Shown piece after piece: positions 55,480 to 64,000 of a DNA stretch of 64,000 nt. A program made the translations under genes and the position numbers. The first letter of the stretch is position 1. Every line of letters begins with the position of its first letter. The DNA comes from Clostridia bacterium (GTDB taxonomy: Bacteria > Bacteroidota > Bacteroidia > Bacteroidales > 4484-276). The notes under the pieces were generated by a model. The model had not been told where the DNA came from. It did not search any database and saw nothing but the letters and a program-made list of their open reading frames with translations. The stretch is taken from positions 1,930 to 65,929 of the forward strand of contig SABY01000006.1 in assembly GCA_009928785.1 (NCBI GenBank). Direction: 5' to 3'.

Positions 55480-57588
55480 ATGAAAAATTTAAATATACTT
55501 CTGATTCTTATCTTGTCGCTAATGGTATCGGCAACATTGAAAGGCCAGGACAGCCCGTTGCCTGTTCAGTTCCATGGTTCCAACATATTCATCGGGCAGT
55601 ATTCTAACATGCAGGGTATTGGTCAGGAAATTCCCCCATCGTTTTACCACAACGAGTTGCAAATGACACTTACGGCTTACGATATTCCCGTGTCGGCAAG
55701 TTTTTTCGTTACTTCCCAGCAATCCGACATGAAGCAAAGCATCAATAATTTCAGGATTTATTTCGATTACCGCAAAATGCTACAAAACAAAGGGCTTAAC
55801 CTTAGCGACGATATAGTTACTGCAGCAGCAATGTCGGGTCTGAATAAAATTGAAAGCACCAAAGCAGAACTCGAAAAATCTGAGGATTTAATCAAAACTG
55901 ATATTACCGGTTTCCTTGGTGAAGTTGATGTGCAGCAAAAGATTTACATAAAGGCACAAAAGGAATTGGAGGAAGCGCAGCAGCGCGGGGATGTGGAGGG
56001 GGTGGAAAAAGCAAAGATGCGTATGGCTGAGGCAAAAGCTGCCAGGGAAAAAGCAATTTCCGCCTACGAAAACGCTAAATTAAAGATGGAAGAATTACAG
56101 GCAAAGCTTAAAACAACTTTAGAAGCTGTTGAAAAAGCCAAAGGCCTTGTCGAAAAGGCCAAATCACAAACCTACGATTCGAAAGCAATCAGGAAAAATG
56201 CTGAAGCCAAAGCCAGGGAAACCATGTTGCCAGGAGTTTCGCGCCTCATGTCAAATTTTACAACCTTCGAAATCGGGAGATGCCGCCCCAATTATAGCGA
56301 GCTTACCCTTAGGGGAGTACCGGTTTCGGGGGTAAATATCGAATTTACGCCGGGCAAGTTTTATTCGGCCTTTACCACTGGTAAAACAAAAAGACCCATC
56401 ACGCCCGATTCGATAACACGGCCGGTATATGAACAAAACATTTTGTTTGGTAAGTTTGGATATGGGAAAAAACAATCAACCCATTTTTACCTTAGTTACC
56501 TTCATGCCGAAGATGATATCAACTCGCTGCCTTCGCCCCCTGAGTCGGATACCACTTTGGTGGGCGCCAGATCAAACTATGTTATCGGGTCGGAATTAAA
56601 ACTTTCTTTTTTTAAACGAAAATTCATCATCGAGGGCGAAGGTGCAATGTCGATGCTTACACGCGATACACAAGCTCCTGAAATTGACTGGTCAACAACG
56701 GATGTGCCGGATTGGGCATCCGGGTTATTTGAACCCAACATGAGCAGCAGCGTTGATTATGCTTATAATTTGAAAGCGGATCTTAAGCTGAACAAAACAA
56801 ACATATCAGGAGGGGTGCAAATGACAGGCCCCGGATTTGTAACACTCGGCAATCCCTACCTCGTGAACGACAGGCTGACCTACCATGGCAGCATCAAACA
56901 AACATTTGCAAAAAGGCAGGTAAGCATAACCGCTTTTTACAAACAGCACACGGACAACCTGATCGAATGGAAAAAAAACACATCCCAAACTCATGCTTAT
57001 GGTATTACTACAGGATTTAGATTCAGGAAAGCTCCTTATCTGATGGTTAGCTACATGCCAATTTTGCAGGAAACGGCCAATGATACACTGGATTTGACAA
57101 ATCAAATTACCCTGATAAATATCACATCCGGATACAACTACAAGATTGGTAATTGTCGCAGCATGACCAGCTTCAGCTTTTTCTATCAGGATGCAAAAAC
57201 AGGCATGGACTCAATAGTTGATCCTGTAAAAAATAGTACTTATACTCTTACGGAGATACTTAACTTTACTAAGCCGGTGAGTATTTCCACCACCATATCC
57301 TATACCCAATGTGCATTTTTAGGCCAGGAAATAGAAAGACTCATGCTTTCACTTAGCGGCTCACTGATGGCTTTTAAAAATAAATGGAGCAACACGCTTG
57401 GCGTAAACTTTTCGCATCAGGATGTACAGCATCAGAAAATTGGTTTCTTCTGTGATTCCAGCTTGCAACTCTGGAAAGGCAGTGATCTTGGCCTAAGAGC
57501 CGAAAAAAATATTATTGATGATGTTTTTTATTCAGATGTCAGGGTTGACGAATTCATTGCCAAGCTTAGCATAAGATTTAGCTGGTAG
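55480..57588 (+). CDS. Predicted outer-membrane beta-barrel protein with an inserted Ala/Lys/Glu-rich coiled-coil segment
   Basis: Signal peptide MKNLNILLILILSLMVSATLKGQ. Coiled-coil-like stretch ~aa 110-235 (KAQKELEEAQQRGD...AKAAREKAISAYENAKLKMEELQAKLKTTLEAVEKAKGLVEKAK). The rest has an alternating beta-strand pattern and ends ...LSIRFSW, an aromatic C-terminus as in OMPs. Confidence 0.6.
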   Translation: MKNLNILLILILSLMVSATLKGQDSPLPVQFHGSNIFIGQYSNMQGIGQEIPPSFYHNELQMTLTAYDIPVSASFFVTSQQSDMKQSINNFRIYFDYRKMLQNKGLNLSDDIVTAAAMSGLNKIESTKAELEKSEDLIKTDITGFLGEVDVQQKIYIKAQKELEEAQQRGDVEGVEKAKMRMAEAKAAREKAISAYENAKLKMEELQAKLKTTLEAVEKAKGLVEKAKSQTYDSKAIRKNAEAKARETMLPGVSRLMSNFTTFEIGRCRPNYSELTLRGVPVSGVNIEFTPGKFYSAFTTGKTKRPITPDSITRPVYEQNILFGKFGYGKKQSTHFYLSYLHAEDDINSLPSPPESDTTLVGARSNYVIGSELKLSFFKRKFIIEGEGAMSMLTRDTQAPEIDWSTTDVPDWASGLFEPNMSSSVDYAYNLKADLKLNKTNISGGVQMTGPGFVTLGNPYLVNDRLTYHGSIKQTFAKRQVSITAFYKQHTDNLIEWKKNTSQTHAYGITTGFRFRKAPYLMVSYMPILQETANDTLDLTNQITLINITSGYNYKIGNCRSMTSFSFFYQDAKTGMDSIVDPVKNSTYTLTEILNFTKPVSISTTISYTQCAFLGQEIERLMLSLSGSLMAFKNKWSNTLGVNFSHQDVQHQKIGFFCDSSLQLWKGSDLGLRAEKNIIDDVFYSDVRVDEFIAKLSIRFSW

Positions 57589-58282
57589 CCACTTTTTGAT
57601 GATATTTCACTCTTTTGAGGCTGAGCAATTTTATAACTTGAGGCTGTAAATCTGAATTTCAATGCCTTTGGTAAACAAATCTACTCTGATGAACTGTACC
57701 TAAGCCCTTTAAATTCTTCTTTCTACGAATTTTTGCCAATTAGGCGAATTGTTGCGAATTATTAGATTATTAAAATTTCAATTTGCTTCTGCGTCCAGTA
57801 GCTGCGCGATGGAAAGTTGTACCCTCACTGCGACTTTCTATCGTCAATGAGCAACTGACATAGAAACGTCAAAAAAAAGCGGGAATGATTTTTCGTAAAA
57901 ATCCTTGTCAAGGTAAGGGTAATTCAATGAAGTAGGTTTACTATTTGGTGATAGGAATAAAGCTTAATGCAAATGAGACGCGTTGCAAACAGGCTGACTT
58001 TTGACATCAACCACATCAAGTTAAAGTTAAAAAATAGCCCATTGCATTGACATTTTCGTCGATCATCTGTTTTCTGTGGCACAAAATGCCCGGAATTAGT
58101 GGCACAATATCACCGGAATATCCAAACAGATTCAGCAAAGGTGAAGAATCATTTAATTGAAGACTCAAAACGCAGAAAAAAAACAGCCTAATTTTTGTCC
58201 ATTAGAAACAGTGATCAATTTTTTAGCCTAATTTTTGTCCATTATACCTTTATTTAGAATCACTACTGTTCGACTAAAAATT

Positions 58283-58534
58283 ATAGATTCTTCCCCGAAA
58301 AAGCGGGGCAGGCTGCTAAGCTAACAATGACATGTTTTTATAAGAGGCTGAATATTAAAGCATTAAACTGATATCTCAATCGCTTCGCTCTTTCGAGGTA
58401 ACAATGGCGTTGTGATTATGGGGGAGAGGAAAAAAAATCGCGAAGCGATTTTTTTTCCTCTCCCCACCCATTCGTAGTCCTGTCATTTCGACCAAGACAC
58501 ACAGCGAAGCAGTGTGTCGCCGGGAGAAATCTAT
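58283..58534. mobile_element. MITE-like element, copy 2, with a different perfect 21-bp-stem hairpin
   Basis: ATAGATTCTTCCCC... faces ...GGGAGAAATCTAT, and CTAACAATGACA faces CCTGTCATTTCGAC. Hairpin at 58421-58465: GGGGAGAGGAAAAAAAATCGC-GAA-GCGATTTTTTTTCCTCTCCCC. Confidence 0.6.
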
Positions 58535-58671
58535 TCCTCTTTGTCATCACCTCATTATGCACGAAAACTTTGGGTGAACTCGGACAGCAGTGTTTCCAAA
58601 TAGTGATATTGGAAATGATTCAGAAAGCGTTCACAGTGTCACTGCTTCGCGGATTGACTGATAAATCTTAT

Positions 58672-60603
58672 CTACTTCCGCTTCCCCGTCTTAGGATCGT
58701 AACCACGCTGCTTGGCCATATCTTCGAGGCGCTGCTGGAATTTCGACTTCTTGACAGTCCTTTTCTTGTTGGCCATAATCTTTGCTCTAATCTTATCTTC
58801 GTCGATAGAGCGACGGATGATGAAAATCTGTGCAAATGTGATCAGGTTGGCCAGCAGATAATAGTAGCTAAGTCCGGAAGCGTAATTATTAAAAATCCCC
58901 AAAAACATCACCGGCATAATGTACATCATGGTTTTCATGCCAGGCATCTGTGCGCTTGCCGAGCCCATCATTTCGTTGTTAACTTTGGTGTAAATGATTG
59001 TGGAGATGGTCATCAACAAAGTAAAAAGGCTCACATGATCGCCATAAAACGGAATGTTGAAAGGTAAACTCAGAATAGAATCGAAACTCGAAAGGTCGTG
59101 CGCCCACAGGAACGATTCCTGCCGCAGCTCTATCGACGAAGGGAAAAACCTAAACATGGCGATAAGGATAGGGAACTGCAACAGCATGGGCAAGCAGCCG
59201 GCCATCGGGTTTACGCCCACCTTTTTGTATAGCGCCATGGTTTCCTGTTGCTTTTTCAGTGCGTCCTCGGTTTTCGGGAATTTCTTACTTATCTCCTCCA
59301 CTTCGGGCTTGAGTACCCGCATGCGCGCCGACGAAAGATAGGTTTTGTAGGCTATCGGAAATAGAACCAACTTAAGCAGCAAGGTAAGAATAAGGATTAC
59401 GATACCATAATTCCACCCATAGCCGCCAAGCCAGTCGAAGACGGGTATAACCGCATAGATGTTGATCCAGGCAAGCAGGAAAAACCCCCACCCCAGCGGT
59501 ACCTGACGCTCCAGCTCAAGGTCGAATTTTTTGAGCGTGCGATATTTGTTGGGGCCAAAATAAAACCGGGTGCCAAAAGATTGATTTGGCTGGTTGTTGT
59601 AAGGTATCGCGATAAGCGCCTGCATCGTTTTCAGATAATGCTTATCCAGTTTTTGGGGATCGGTAAAGGTGCTGATTTGGGCATTGCGGAAAGCCTGATC
59701 GGCGATGATTGTGGAAAGGAAAAACCGCGACTTGAACGAAATCCATTTCACCTGGTTGGATAGCTTTTCTTCTGCATCCTTAGTTTCGGAGAGATAATCG
59801 GCATCGTCCTGGAAATATTTATAGTAGATCGTTGACTCGTTGCGCTCGTTGTCGAGGCTGGCCTCCTGACGGCGGAGGTCGGCTTTCCAGTTGAGGTCAA
59901 AGTATGCAGTTTCAGGGTCTATTACATTGTTCATCCCCACAATGTTCAGCCGGTAATTCATCATGTATTTATTTCCATAAAGGGTATAAATATATTCGAT
60001 GTAGCTGCCGGAGATTCCGTCGGGATGCAGCCGCATGGCAAAAGAAAGGCTGTCGTCGCCGGCTACAAAAAGCGAATCCTGCCCGTCGAAGCGGCTATCG
60101 GTATAGTGGGGCGCAAAATAAAGATCGTTGGTATTGATGCTTCGGTTGGCTGAAAAAAAGGTGTAACCAAAACGCGTCTCATCATTGTTATAGAGAAACA
60201 GAGGCAGCGAATCGTAGGTTTTATAATCCTTCAACTGCACATTGATTATTTTTCCACCTTTGGGTGAAATGAAAAGTTTTATTTTTTCATTTTCAATAAT
60301 AAAAGTCTTATCGTCACCGGAGGCTGCGCCGGCAAAATATCCCAGGCGGCTGGCCAGGGCGACTTGCTGAGCAGAGTCGTTTACTGTTGTTGCATCGGGT
60401 AAGCCGGCTTGTTGCTGCGGTTGTTCCAACTGGCGCGCACGCATGAGCGAATCGGCACGAGCTTGTTGGGCGCGCACCACACTTACAGAGTCAGCCACGT
60501 ATTGGCGCCGCAATTGCTCCTCTTCCGATGGTTGTGTGAAATAAATGTAGCCAACAAAAATGGCGAAGATCAAAACAAGTCCTGCAATTGTATTTCTATC
60601 CAT
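58672..60603 (-). CDS. yidC: Membrane protein insertase YidC (long Bacteroidota form)
   Basis: N-terminal TM helix, a large periplasmic domain, and the conserved 60-kDa insertase core (GWGFFLLAWINIY..., NPMAGCLPMLLQFPILIAMF), followed by a basic tail. Confidence 0.92.
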   Translation of the reverse strand: MDRNTIAGLVLIFAIFVGYIYFTQPSEEEQLRRQYVADSVSVVRAQQARADSLMRARQLEQPQQQAGLPDATTVNDSAQQVALASRLGYFAGAASGDDKTFIIENEKIKLFISPKGGKIINVQLKDYKTYDSLPLFLYNNDETRFGYTFFSANRSINTNDLYFAPHYTDSRFDGQDSLFVAGDDSLSFAMRLHPDGISGSYIEYIYTLYGNKYMMNYRLNIVGMNNVIDPETAYFDLNWKADLRRQEASLDNERNESTIYYKYFQDDADYLSETKDAEEKLSNQVKWISFKSRFFLSTIIADQAFRNAQISTFTDPQKLDKHYLKTMQALIAIPYNNQPNQSFGTRFYFGPNKYRTLKKFDLELERQVPLGWGFFLLAWINIYAVIPVFDWLGGYGWNYGIVILILTLLLKLVLFPIAYKTYLSSARMRVLKPEVEEISKKFPKTEDALKKQQETMALYKKVGVNPMAGCLPMLLQFPILIAMFRFFPSSIELRQESFLWAHDLSSFDSILSLPFNIPFYGDHVSLFTLLMTISTIIYTKVNNEMMGSASAQMPGMKTMMYIMPVMFLGIFNNYASGLSYYYLLANLITFAQIFIIRRSIDEDKIRAKIMANKKRTVKKSKFQQRLEDMAKQRGYDPKTGKRK

Positions 60604-60802
60604 TCCTAAATGGTAATATCAGGTAAAAAAGTAAAGTTAAAAACGGGCGCAAAGATAGGCTTTTTTATTGGCGGCTCAAATAGTAAGGTAATGCCGGGCA
60701 ACGGAACTGCCAGGCCGACAAATCAATCAAGAATTCTAAAAACCAACAACGGCAGCCTTCTATTATCGAAAGCTGCCGTTGCCAAAAAGTATAAAGCATT
60801 GG

Positions 60803-61276
60803 TTATTTTTTGCGCATAGAAACTACATCTTTGGTAGTTACGCTGCCATCTTTATTACCCCAGCTATTGAGGATATAGTTGACCACGTCGCGCACTTCGT
60901 CGTTGGTAAGCTCTACAGTAGTCATGATGCCACCGGGATAGGTTACACCATTCACCTTGATAGGCTCTTTTGAACCATACATGGTTTGTTTTACGGCGCG
61001 CATCTTATCGGCCACCAGGTAATCAGCTCCGGCAAGCGGCGGAAAAGTGGGCGGCAGTCCGGCACCATTCAGTTGGTGACATACCGAGCAAGTGCCTTTG
61101 CCTTCATAGATTGCTTTGCCGGCTTTGATGCTTGCAGCCAGATCGGGATCGCCGGCAGGTGCCATCATCTCTGTATTGGCTGCGTCGGAGCTTGTGCTCA
61201 TCGCTATCGGAATAAAACTATAGCTGATGGCTGCTACAAAGGCTACCACCACTGCGGATAAAATAAATCTTTTCAT
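60803..61276 (-). CDS. Class I c-type cytochrome (mono-haem)
   Basis: Signal/anchor MKRFILSAVVVAFVAAISY, haem motif CSVCH, and a distal Met region (VKQTMYGS). Start taken at 61276. Confidence 0.8.
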   Translation of the reverse strand: MKRFILSAVVVAFVAAISYSFIPIAMSTSSDAANTEMMAPAGDPDLAASIKAGKAIYEGKGTCSVCHQLNGAGLPPTFPPLAGADYLVADKMRAVKQTMYGSKEPIKVNGVTYPGGIMTTVELTNDEVRDVVNYILNSWGNKDGSVTTKDVVSMRKK

Positions 61277-62036
61277 GTGTTGAATGTTTGTTATTATTAA
61301 TATCAATGGATTCTTTACAACAAGCACCTGTAGAAGTTTGTTCGGTATTAATTTTTAATTTCTTTTCGGGTGGTGAGATGAAATGCACGCCCAATCCCAA
61401 CCCTTTGAGGATAAACCAAACCCCAAGCAGCACCATAAATGCCGGCACCAGCTTTCGCAATGATTTGCGCAAGGAGAGACTTACAAAATTGCCGGCCAGA
61501 TTGAGCGCCAGCATAATAGGCAGCGTGCCGAGCCCAAAGAGTGCCATATAAAATGCGCCATACAAAGCACTTCCGGCAGCCAGTGACAACCCGATGGCTA
61601 CATACACAGGGCCGCAGGGCAACAGTCCATTGAGCAGTCCGACAAGAAACAAAGTACCATACGTTTTGCGGCCAAAAAGCAAACCCAACCGGGCTTTTAC
61701 GCCATTTACCAGTTTGAACAATGGCGAGCGAACCAGCAGCCGGTCGAACAGCAATGGAAATAATACCGAAAGAATTATCACCACTCCGATCACGATCGAA
61801 AGCCCCTGCTGCATGCCGGCAAGTCGAAGTCCCTGTCCTGCCAGTCCAAAAACAAATCCCATGAGCGTGTAGGTGACTACCCGCCCCAGATTGTAAGTGA
61901 GGGCACTCATCACTCTGGCCCACCAACTGCTGCTTTTCAAAGGCAACGACAGTGCAATAGGACCACACATTCCGATGCAGTGAAACCCCGTGAGTAATCC
62001 AAAAATCAAAGCCGCCGAAACCAATTCTATTTGCAT
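61218..62036 (-). CDS. TauE/SafE- or DsbD_2-family membrane protein associated with cbb3 oxidase maturation clusters
   Basis: Multi-TM protein with the motif GFHCIGMCGPI. Its 3' end overlaps the cytochrome c start by ~59 nt. Confidence 0.7.
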   Translation of the reverse strand: MQIELVSAALIFGLLTGFHCIGMCGPIALSLPLKSSSWWARVMSALTYNLGRVVTYTLMGFVFGLAGQGLRLAGMQQGLSIVIGVVIILSVLFPLLFDRLLVRSPLFKLVNGVKARLGLLFGRKTYGTLFLVGLLNGLLPCGPVYVAIGLSLAAGSALYGAFYMALFGLGTLPIMLALNLAGNFVSLSLRKSLRKLVPAFMVLLGVWFILKGLGLGVHFISPPEKKLKINTEQTSTGACCKESIDINNNKHSTHEKIYFIRSGGSLCSSHQL

Positions 62037-62050
62037 GGTGCTAATATCGT

Positions 62051-62629
62051 TTAGTTTATGCTATCAATTATTAAATTGTACTTTTCCAAAAGTCCGGAAA
62101 TCCCATGAATAGAAAATTTTGCTTTCTTAATCCGATTTTTTTCCGGGTCTATCGAATAGTTGTATGAGGTGCGAAAATCAACCTTTTCAATAACTGTATT
62201 GTCAAATGTTGCTCTTGTCAGGTCGCAATTATCAAACAGCGAATCTGCCAGGTCACACTCCGTAAAATCGACTTCCTGTAATTGCGTGTTTTTAAAAATG
62301 GTTTTTTTTATTTTTGTCTTGAAAAACGTCGAATGATTTAAAATGCAATTTTCAAAGCTAAAGGAAAGTCCAAATTCATTACAACTATCAAAATGCAGCC
62401 CCAACATTTTACAATCTCGAAATTTTATATTTCGAAACGCGGATTTTGTAAGTTTAGCCAAAGTTAAATTGCATCCTAAAAACTCACAATCTGAGAACTT
62501 ACAATCAGACATATCCACATACGAAAAGTCGCAATTCAGGAATCTGCAATCCTCATATTCTCCTTTTGTTAGTGGATTGTTTTTGAAATCATATTTTTCA
62601 AATTTTTCTTCTATGAATGTTTGTTCCAT
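62051..62629 (-). CDS. Pentapeptide-repeat protein
   Basis: Runs of A(D/N)LxX-type pentapeptides (CRFLNCDFSYVDMSDCKFSDCEFLGCNLTLAKLT..., VDFTECDLADSLFDNCDLTRATFDN). Confidence 0.85.
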   Translation of the reverse strand: MEQTFIEEKFEKYDFKNNPLTKGEYEDCRFLNCDFSYVDMSDCKFSDCEFLGCNLTLAKLTKSAFRNIKFRDCKMLGLHFDSCNEFGLSFSFENCILNHSTFFKTKIKKTIFKNTQLQEVDFTECDLADSLFDNCDLTRATFDNTVIEKVDFRTSYNYSIDPEKNRIKKAKFSIHGISGLLEKYNLIIDSIN

Positions 62630-62686
62630 AATCGTAATTCGTCACTCGTCAGCAATCGGCATTTCCAGACGCACGTCCGTGCGTTT

Positions 62687-63157
62687 CTACAAAGCGCGGT
62701 CAAATTCAGAAATGTAAACCTCCTGTTCGGTAAAATAATAAACACCACCGTACTCCCAATCAATTTTTACAACATAAACGCCCAAATCAAGGTTGCCGGT
62801 GGGTATGATTTGGCGTCCGGCAGTGTCAGTCTTAATAAGCATCGTTACATCGCGGGTATTATCAGCCGGACGAAAAAGATGAATCGTGCCGACAAGGCTA
62901 TCTCTGTTGAATATTTGCGGAAAGCAGATGTCGATGATGCCATCGCCTTTCAGGATTGTAACCTCCTCTGGCAGGGTTGCCGCATTGTTGCGTTTATCGA
63001 TAAGCGTCTGGTGGGCAATCTCACGCGGATAATAGTCGTCGTACTCCAGATTGATGCTTTGCCTGAAGGCAATGGTTACCAACAGCGCCATGGCGCCCGC
63101 AAAAACTATTAGCACCAGCACAATGCCGGTACCCCATGTAAAGCGGAGTCGTTTCAT
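62687..63157 (-). CDS. FixH/CcoH-family protein
   Basis: Single N-terminal TM helix (GTGIVLVLIVFAGAMALLV) followed by a beta-sandwich-like domain. It lies immediately downstream of ccoG, as in cbb3 maturation clusters. Confidence 0.65.
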   Translation of the reverse strand: MKRLRFTWGTGIVLVLIVFAGAMALLVTIAFRQSINLEYDDYYPREIAHQTLIDKRNNAATLPEEVTILKGDGIIDICFPQIFNRDSLVGTIHLFRPADNTRDVTMLIKTDTAGRQIIPTGNLDLGVYVVKIDWEYGGVYYFTEQEVYISEFDRAL

Positions 63158-63163
63158 AAATTT

Positions 63164-64000
63164 TTATTTCTTAACATCAGGAGCCACAAAGGTAAGATCA
63201 ATTTCTTCTATGGGCGCTCCGTGCGAAAATACACCGATGCGAATGGGTATTTTGCCAGAGGTTTTGCTTATTTGCTGCGGATCGAGATAAACGAAAAATA
63301 CACTTTCGGATTTGCCTGCGGCCCGCACCACCATGTCGCCCGAAGGCATCAGGATTCGTCCAGGATGCGAGAGCAATTTTAAAGTTACGGGAGCCTCCTC
63401 GCGGGTTTTATTTACCACCTTGATATTGTAAAGATTGCTGATGGTGGCGTCGTCGTTTTGCTGATAAAGCAGCCCGGGTGTGCGCAAAATGGTAGCTTCT
63501 ATGTCGGCACGCGTAAAGAGCAAAAAAGTAAGGAACGACAGCAGTAGCACAAGTACGGCAGAATACGCCCACAGGCGGGCATTCATTCTCAGCCGGTTTC
63601 CGGTAGAGATCATCCTTTCGGAAGCAAAACGAATAAGTCCTTTGGGCAAACCGGAGCGCACCATGGTGGCGTTGCATGCGTCGATGCAGGCGGTGCAGTT
63701 GATGCATTCGAGCTGGGTGCCATTGCGTATGTCGATGGCCGTTGGACATACCTGAATGCAGGCACGGCAGTCGGTGCAGTCGCCTTTGCCGACAGCCGCG
63801 CGGTCTTCACCTTTACGAAATCCTCCACGAGGTTCGCCACGTTTGTAATCATAAGCCACCACGATGCTATTTCGGTCGAGCAAAACCCCTTGCAGACGGC
63901 CGTACGGACAAAGTATTACACACACCTGCTCTCTGAACCAACTATAAATAAACACCAAAAAAGCTGTGAGAATCATCAATCCGGTAAAAGCGCTGATGTT
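63164..64000 (-). CDS. ccoG: Cytochrome c oxidase accessory protein CcoG (4Fe-4S ferredoxin-type), 5' end outside the window
   Basis: Two ferredoxin Cys clusters (CTDCRACIQVCP, CINCTACIDAC), a TM segment, and a C-terminal Ig-like domain. The reading frame stays open to the window edge. Confidence 0.85.
   Translation of the reverse strand, partial: NISAFTGLMILTAFLVFIYSWFREQVCVILCPYGRLQGVLLDRNSIVVAYDYKRGEPRGGFRKGEDRAAVGKGDCTDCRACIQVCPTAIDIRNGTQLECINCTACIDACNATMVRSGLPKGLIRFASERMISTGNRLRMNARLWAYSAVLVLLLSFLTFLLFTRADIEATILRTPGLLYQQNDDATISNLYNIKVVNKTREEAPVTLKLLSHPGRILMPSGDMVVRAAGKSESVFFVYLDPQQISKTSGKIPIRIGVFSHGAPIEEIDLTFVAPDVKK

Noticed and set aside
58570-59067. 165-aa plus-strand ORF overlapping the yidC 3' end.
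   Set aside because: It is antisense to the conserved YidC core and has no motifs.

Overview
This window looks like a chromosomal segment of a Bacteroidota-type genome. Supporting signs are two proteins with T9SS-type C-terminal sorting domains, a long-form YidC, a cbb3-oxidase maturation cluster and many short REP/MITE-like palindromes. No database search was possible, so every call comes from reading motifs in the ORF translations and the DNA.

Bases 1-30000 are ordinary housekeeping genes: DEAD-box helicase, gyrA, clpC-type chaperone, HDAC-family deacetylase, three tandem FKBP isomerases, nrnA-like DHH phosphoesterase, ndk, an XRE regulator, an S8 peptidase with a T9SS tail, membrane pyrophosphatase, Crp/Fnr regulator, formimidoyltransferase-cyclodeaminase, RRM and cold-shock proteins, and an acyl-CoA ligase.

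Bases 30340-57588 form an accessory locus and are the main point of interest:
- A 2124-aa T9SS-sorted PKD/beta-helix surface protein.
- A tightly coupled three-gene operon: a 513-aa secreted orphan, a 2012-aa protein with a SpvB/TcaC-N-terminal-like motif, and a 2606-aa RHS/YD-repeat protein with an AT-rich C-terminal tip of unknown function.
- Two small exported ORFs that are candidate immunity genes.
- A REP/MITE/RayT-like junk zone.
- A 702-aa coiled-coil outer-membrane barrel candidate.

All large proteins in this locus carry Sec-type signal peptides, and no T6SS or TcA-like component is visible. The two large transcription units carry near-identical ~330-nt upstream leaders. A TTTTCACCCA-based palindrome recurs in front of all three units.

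Bases 58672-64000 return to housekeeping: yidC, cytochrome c, a TauE/DsbD_2-like protein, a pentapeptide-repeat protein, FixH and partial ccoG. I saw no rRNA, tRNA or CRISPR array.
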